A stretch of 64,000 bases of DNA, from the NCBI GenBank assembly GCA_964016885.1, contig CAXHJY010000181.1, positions 1 through 64,000 of the forward strand. Reading direction: 5' to 3'. Positions 59,851 to 64,000 of the stretch are shown here, in pieces (position 1 is the stretch's first letter; each line of letters begins with the position of its first letter). This DNA comes from Eledone cirrhosa (lineage: Eukaryota). Both the position numbers and the translations under genes were made by a program. The notes below the pieces were generated by a model. The model made no database searches and had not been told where the DNA came from. It saw only the letters and a program-made list of their open reading frames with translations.

Positions 59851-61189
59851 ATACATATACACACACTTTCTTACACATATAATGGCATATATAACATTGT
59901 GCTATTAAGTTATATACTTCTCTTCTATCTCCATCATGTGGTCAATTTGAGTTGATCAAGATAAACAGTATCTATTTGTTAACAGAGCAGCAGACTTCAA
60001 CTGACTTGGTTCTTTGCCAAATGCTAGTGTGCCAAGTTTATTTTATAAACACAAACACATTTTGCTGCTTTCTATATCAATATCAATGTCCCTTACAGTC
60101 AGAACATCAGGCATTGTTTGTGTATTAAAGAGATACACTTGATCAGAACAACCTCTTACATAGGTTCACCAGATCATACGTTCTTGGAATTGAATTTATC
60201 TGCTGTCATCATCATTATTCAATGTCCATACATTCCATATTTTGATATGATCTCTATGGCTAAACCAATACAAGATAGGTTTCCAATAATAAACATATAT
60301 ATATAGTTTTGTTGTAAGTATTTGAACTGTGAACATGTCATAGCTATCTATACTTACTGGTGATCATATCCAACACTTACTCCTATTTAGATGATACACC
60401 CCTTCACTTTTTCCTAATCTCCCCCCACCAATTCAAGCATCATTCATATGCAATCAAACCCCCTCATGTCAAATCTGCCCTGACTCCATAGGATACCTCC
60501 TGTCATTCTTCCCTGATCCACCCCAATTCAAGCATCATTCACCTGCAACCAAGACACCTCCTATCAAATCTACACTGACTATAGTTTCATGCTAATCAGG
60601 TCTCTTTCAACTGCAAAACCCACAAGCAGTACAACTTCATCACACATCAAACCCTTCCCTAAATATGAGCAGCACACAACTATAACCCTCTGAATTACTA
60701 AATGCTAAGCCTAGTTATAACTGGGGATCTCTCATGGTAACATACACCCTTAACCCTTTTAGCATATTTCTATTAAGATGCACTGCCTACAATTTTCAAA
60801 TAATTGAGAATTTGAAGGGATTTAGTAATACAACTAACTTTCATTATTAAGCTGGTCTTTGGAGCATAACTGAACAAAATGTCTTACATAAAACTATGAT
60901 TGAAAGTTTTTAGATAAATATAAACACTTTAACCTTTCCATTAACATATTTCTAATGACAGACACTGCCTATGATTGTCAAATTATTTTGAAAGTAGTGA
61001 AGAACCAGGAGTGGTTTCATGCAGTTAACAGAGTGTGAGCATGCTGCTAAGATACAGTAGATGCTAATGCTAGTAATGGCTACAGTTATTACAATACATG
61101 AAAAAGCCTAACATGAAAGTGAATCCCTGACATTCTTCAAGTCATCACACTGTTTCTCTACTTCATAGGCTAGGAAAAGAGAAAGGCAC

Positions 61190-62190
61190 TCATGCAGCCT
61201 TCTTTCTATCAAGTCCAAAACTTCAGAATTATCTCTATAAATGTTGGAACAATGAAAGGTAAGTGTGGCGAGATCGTGGATGACCTAGTCCTTATAGCTG
61301 AATGTATGGGAGAGTTAGAGGCAAATTCAAAGGAAGAAGAAAACACTAGAGTAGAAAGACCTAAAAGTAAACTAAGCAAAAACAAAGGTGTTAATAATTA
61401 GGAAGGAGGACAAGAGGCTGATAACATCAGAGAAGCCAGCTTGCTCGATATGTTGAAAAGAGATGGGCAGAAATTCGATAAGGTGTCCACATTGTAATCT
61501 ATGGATGCACATGACATGTAGTGGGATTATAGACAGGTTACAGAAGAATATAGAGTTTGTATGGGGTAGATGCACAAGAGAAGTAAGCACTAAGAGCACA
61601 AGTGAAATAGATTCCTTCAGTTACCAGGGAAGCTTGTTAGAAGTTGTTGACAGCTTTTGTTACCTAGGTGATCTAATAAGCAGTGAAGAAGATGCTCTGA
61701 AAGTGTGATAGCCAGGGTAAGAATGGGCTGGAAGATGTTTAAAGAGTTGGTACCTCTGCAGACAACAAAGGGCTTCTTTCTCAGAATGAAGCAAAGGCTG
61801 TACAATGCCTCTATGTGAACTGCAATGCTACATGGCAGTGAGACATGGGCCTTGGCAGAAAAAGGCATGTAAAGGTTAGAAAGAAATGTGAGTATACTCC
61901 AATAGATGTGTAATTTTATGTGTATAAATAGCATAGCATAAGAAAGCTAAAAGAACTTGGCATAAGAGGAACTGGATGTGGTGTGCAAGTAAGAAGACTG
62001 TACTGATATGGACATGTGATGCATATGGAAGAAGACAGTTGTATAAAGAAATGCTGAGAAATTACAGTGGTTGGGACCTGTGGAAGAGACATATCCATGA
62101 CTTGGGATGCTTAAGAAGCTGAAACAATGGAAATGACAAAGGACCATGAAAATTGGCAACATGCTGTATTGGAGAAGACATGCCTACTAG
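61190..62190 (+). mobile_element. Internally deleted, decayed RTE (PHD-finger family)
   Basis: SINVGTMKGK (APE start) is joined to DDLVLIAE (RT), then CSIC..GRNSIRCPHC..H..C and FCYLG. Confidence 0.83.
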
Positions 62191-62351
62191 CAAGAATCCC
62201 TCTGCCCTCTCCTCCACTAACACTACTTAGTAGCTATCCTCACCAGCACTGTACACTCTCCACTCCATCGATGTCCTCTCTACTATCACTCTTTAGCTAT
62301 TGAGTACAACTACTACTTCTGATACATGGCAGTGCTGCACACACAGGTGTT

Positions 62352-62563
62352 TTAACTCTTTACAATTTACATTACTCTGTATATACTATTGTATTTTTGT
62401 ACATAATTATCTTACATAATATCGATTCTATGAGATTTTGATGTTATTTATTTTGAGAACAATACCTTAACATCAGCATGAGCGGACAGTTACAGCCAGT
62501 TTGAACAGAAAGAGGTGAGAGAATTCTGGCTGGATATGGACGGTTTAAATGCTAAAGGGTTAA
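62352..62563 (-). mobile_element. piggyBac-like MITE (23290 family)
   Basis: Reverse-complement match to 23290-23515; ends GCTAAAGGG-TTAA. Confidence 0.8.
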
Positions 62564-63826
62564 ACAGATCAACTGACTAGCCTAACATCACTGACAGGCA
62601 CACTCCAGCCACAAGCAGTTGTTGACTTGCAACATTTTGTGTGGAACATTAATATCAAAATATCAAGCTTACAAAAGTTATAGGCGCTGACCCTTTTTCC
62701 AGACTTGATAAATAAAAACAAAATAAATGCATCTTTTGTAGGATAAAGAAACAGGTAAATTGAGATGCGAGTCAGTTTAACACTTTTAATACTGGATTCC
62801 TTGAAACCACCGCTGATTCTGTGATAAAAACAAAGCACTTGTTTTAAGGAGGTTCATATCTAAATGTAAACCTATCATATTTTTATATAAGAATATTTTC
62901 TTAAGTAATGTTCCAAATACCAACTTAATAATGAAAAAGTTATTTTAATAAAGCCCTTCGAATAATAAGAAAATATAATTATATTACTTTACCCTACCAA
63001 ATTCTTAATACTTTCAAAATTATTTGAAAATCACAGTGTCTTTAATCTGTTAATATTTATCTAAAAATCTTTTATTTTAATTTTAGATAAGAACCTTTTA
63101 GGTTATTTTCCAAACAGCAGCTTAATACCAAGAAAGTTAGTTATATTACAAAATCAAATCCAATTCATGATTATTTTCAAAATTATTTGAAAACCATAGG
63201 CAGTGTCTTTCATTAGAAATATGGCAAAGGAAGGGGTAGAGTAAAGAACAACAATCTTAAATTTCACAATGTTTATTATTTAAACTCTAGCAGAGGATAA
63301 CATTGGAATAATGTCAGTTTATAATTAATTTATATATTTAAAAAAAATGGAAATATTTCTCTGAATATTCTTAAAAAAAAAAAAAAAAAATTTCCAAAAG
63401 AGTTTTGACACAGTTTAAGTATCCACAGAAAGAAGCCTTCAGTCAGGATTTGAGGGAGGGAAAGCATGCCCAAGAAGTGGGGGTCCAATGTCATTACTGT
63501 TCTGTTTTGCTTACTTTTTGTAAAATGTAAAATCTCTATTCACTTGTGTAATATCTAGTCTTAAGTAGGTTTTCAAGTGTAATTATAAAGAATGTTTGAA
63601 TTGAAATATGAACTTGTCAAAGTAGCATACATAATTAACTAAAAGTTGAATAAAAGCACATGTTTTAAATGTATATGTCATATTTATAGCTTATTTTTTC
63701 TTCTAATAGAATGTTGAATTATTAATACTGTATATAACTTGACCAGACCATTAACTTTTCTGCTTTTGGACAAGTTAATTGCTGTAGACATTTTCAATTA
63801 GCATACTTCCCTCTCTTTTTCTCTCT

Positions 63827-63874
<48 letters not shown>

Positions 63875-64000
63875 CATATACACATTCATGCCTATCTCCC
63901 TCCCCTATTGCCCACCTACAAAGCCCACAGAGCAGAGCGGGCTCTTCAATTAAGACTATGATCAACAACCTCTATAGTGTTGGTGATCTACATGATAAAC

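Noticed and set aside
58335-64000. First myosin exon or promoter
   Set aside because: No DFVLL-type N-terminal coding segment with a donor site was found by eye; probably outside the window.

Overview
AT-rich, repeat-dominated animal genomic DNA. The SINE content and microsatellite load suggest a coleoid cephalopod (octopus-like); this is an inference. The only host gene I can support is a class I myosin (MYO1D/1G type) on the minus strand. Five motor-domain exons with GT-AG boundaries splice in frame (58334-58126, 57033-56940, 25641-25476, 21710-21657, 19018-18923); the gene's start and end were not found in the window. The introns, one of them 31.3 kb, hold compound (TA)n microsatellites, three distinct Penelope-like elements (PLEs), RTE and CR1/L2-type LINEs, tRNA-derived SINEs and nested MITEs. 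Almost all long ORFs in the track are microsatellite artefacts. The most interesting layer is RNA structure found by eye: (1) about eight hammerhead ribozyme motifs, intact or degenerate, mostly with palindromic stem III, including a retrozyme-like non-coding family with covarying stems; (2) the clean hammerheads are mostly antisense to the myosin pre-mRNA, and both sense copies look disabled; (3) tandem hairpin plus H-type pseudoknot modules in RTE 3' UTRs, shared with a CORE-type SINE; (4) the possible 3' half of an HDV-like ribozyme on a bipartite RTE-derived element; (5) long inverted repeats flanking myosin exons. All structures are manual pairings and none has been computed or tested.
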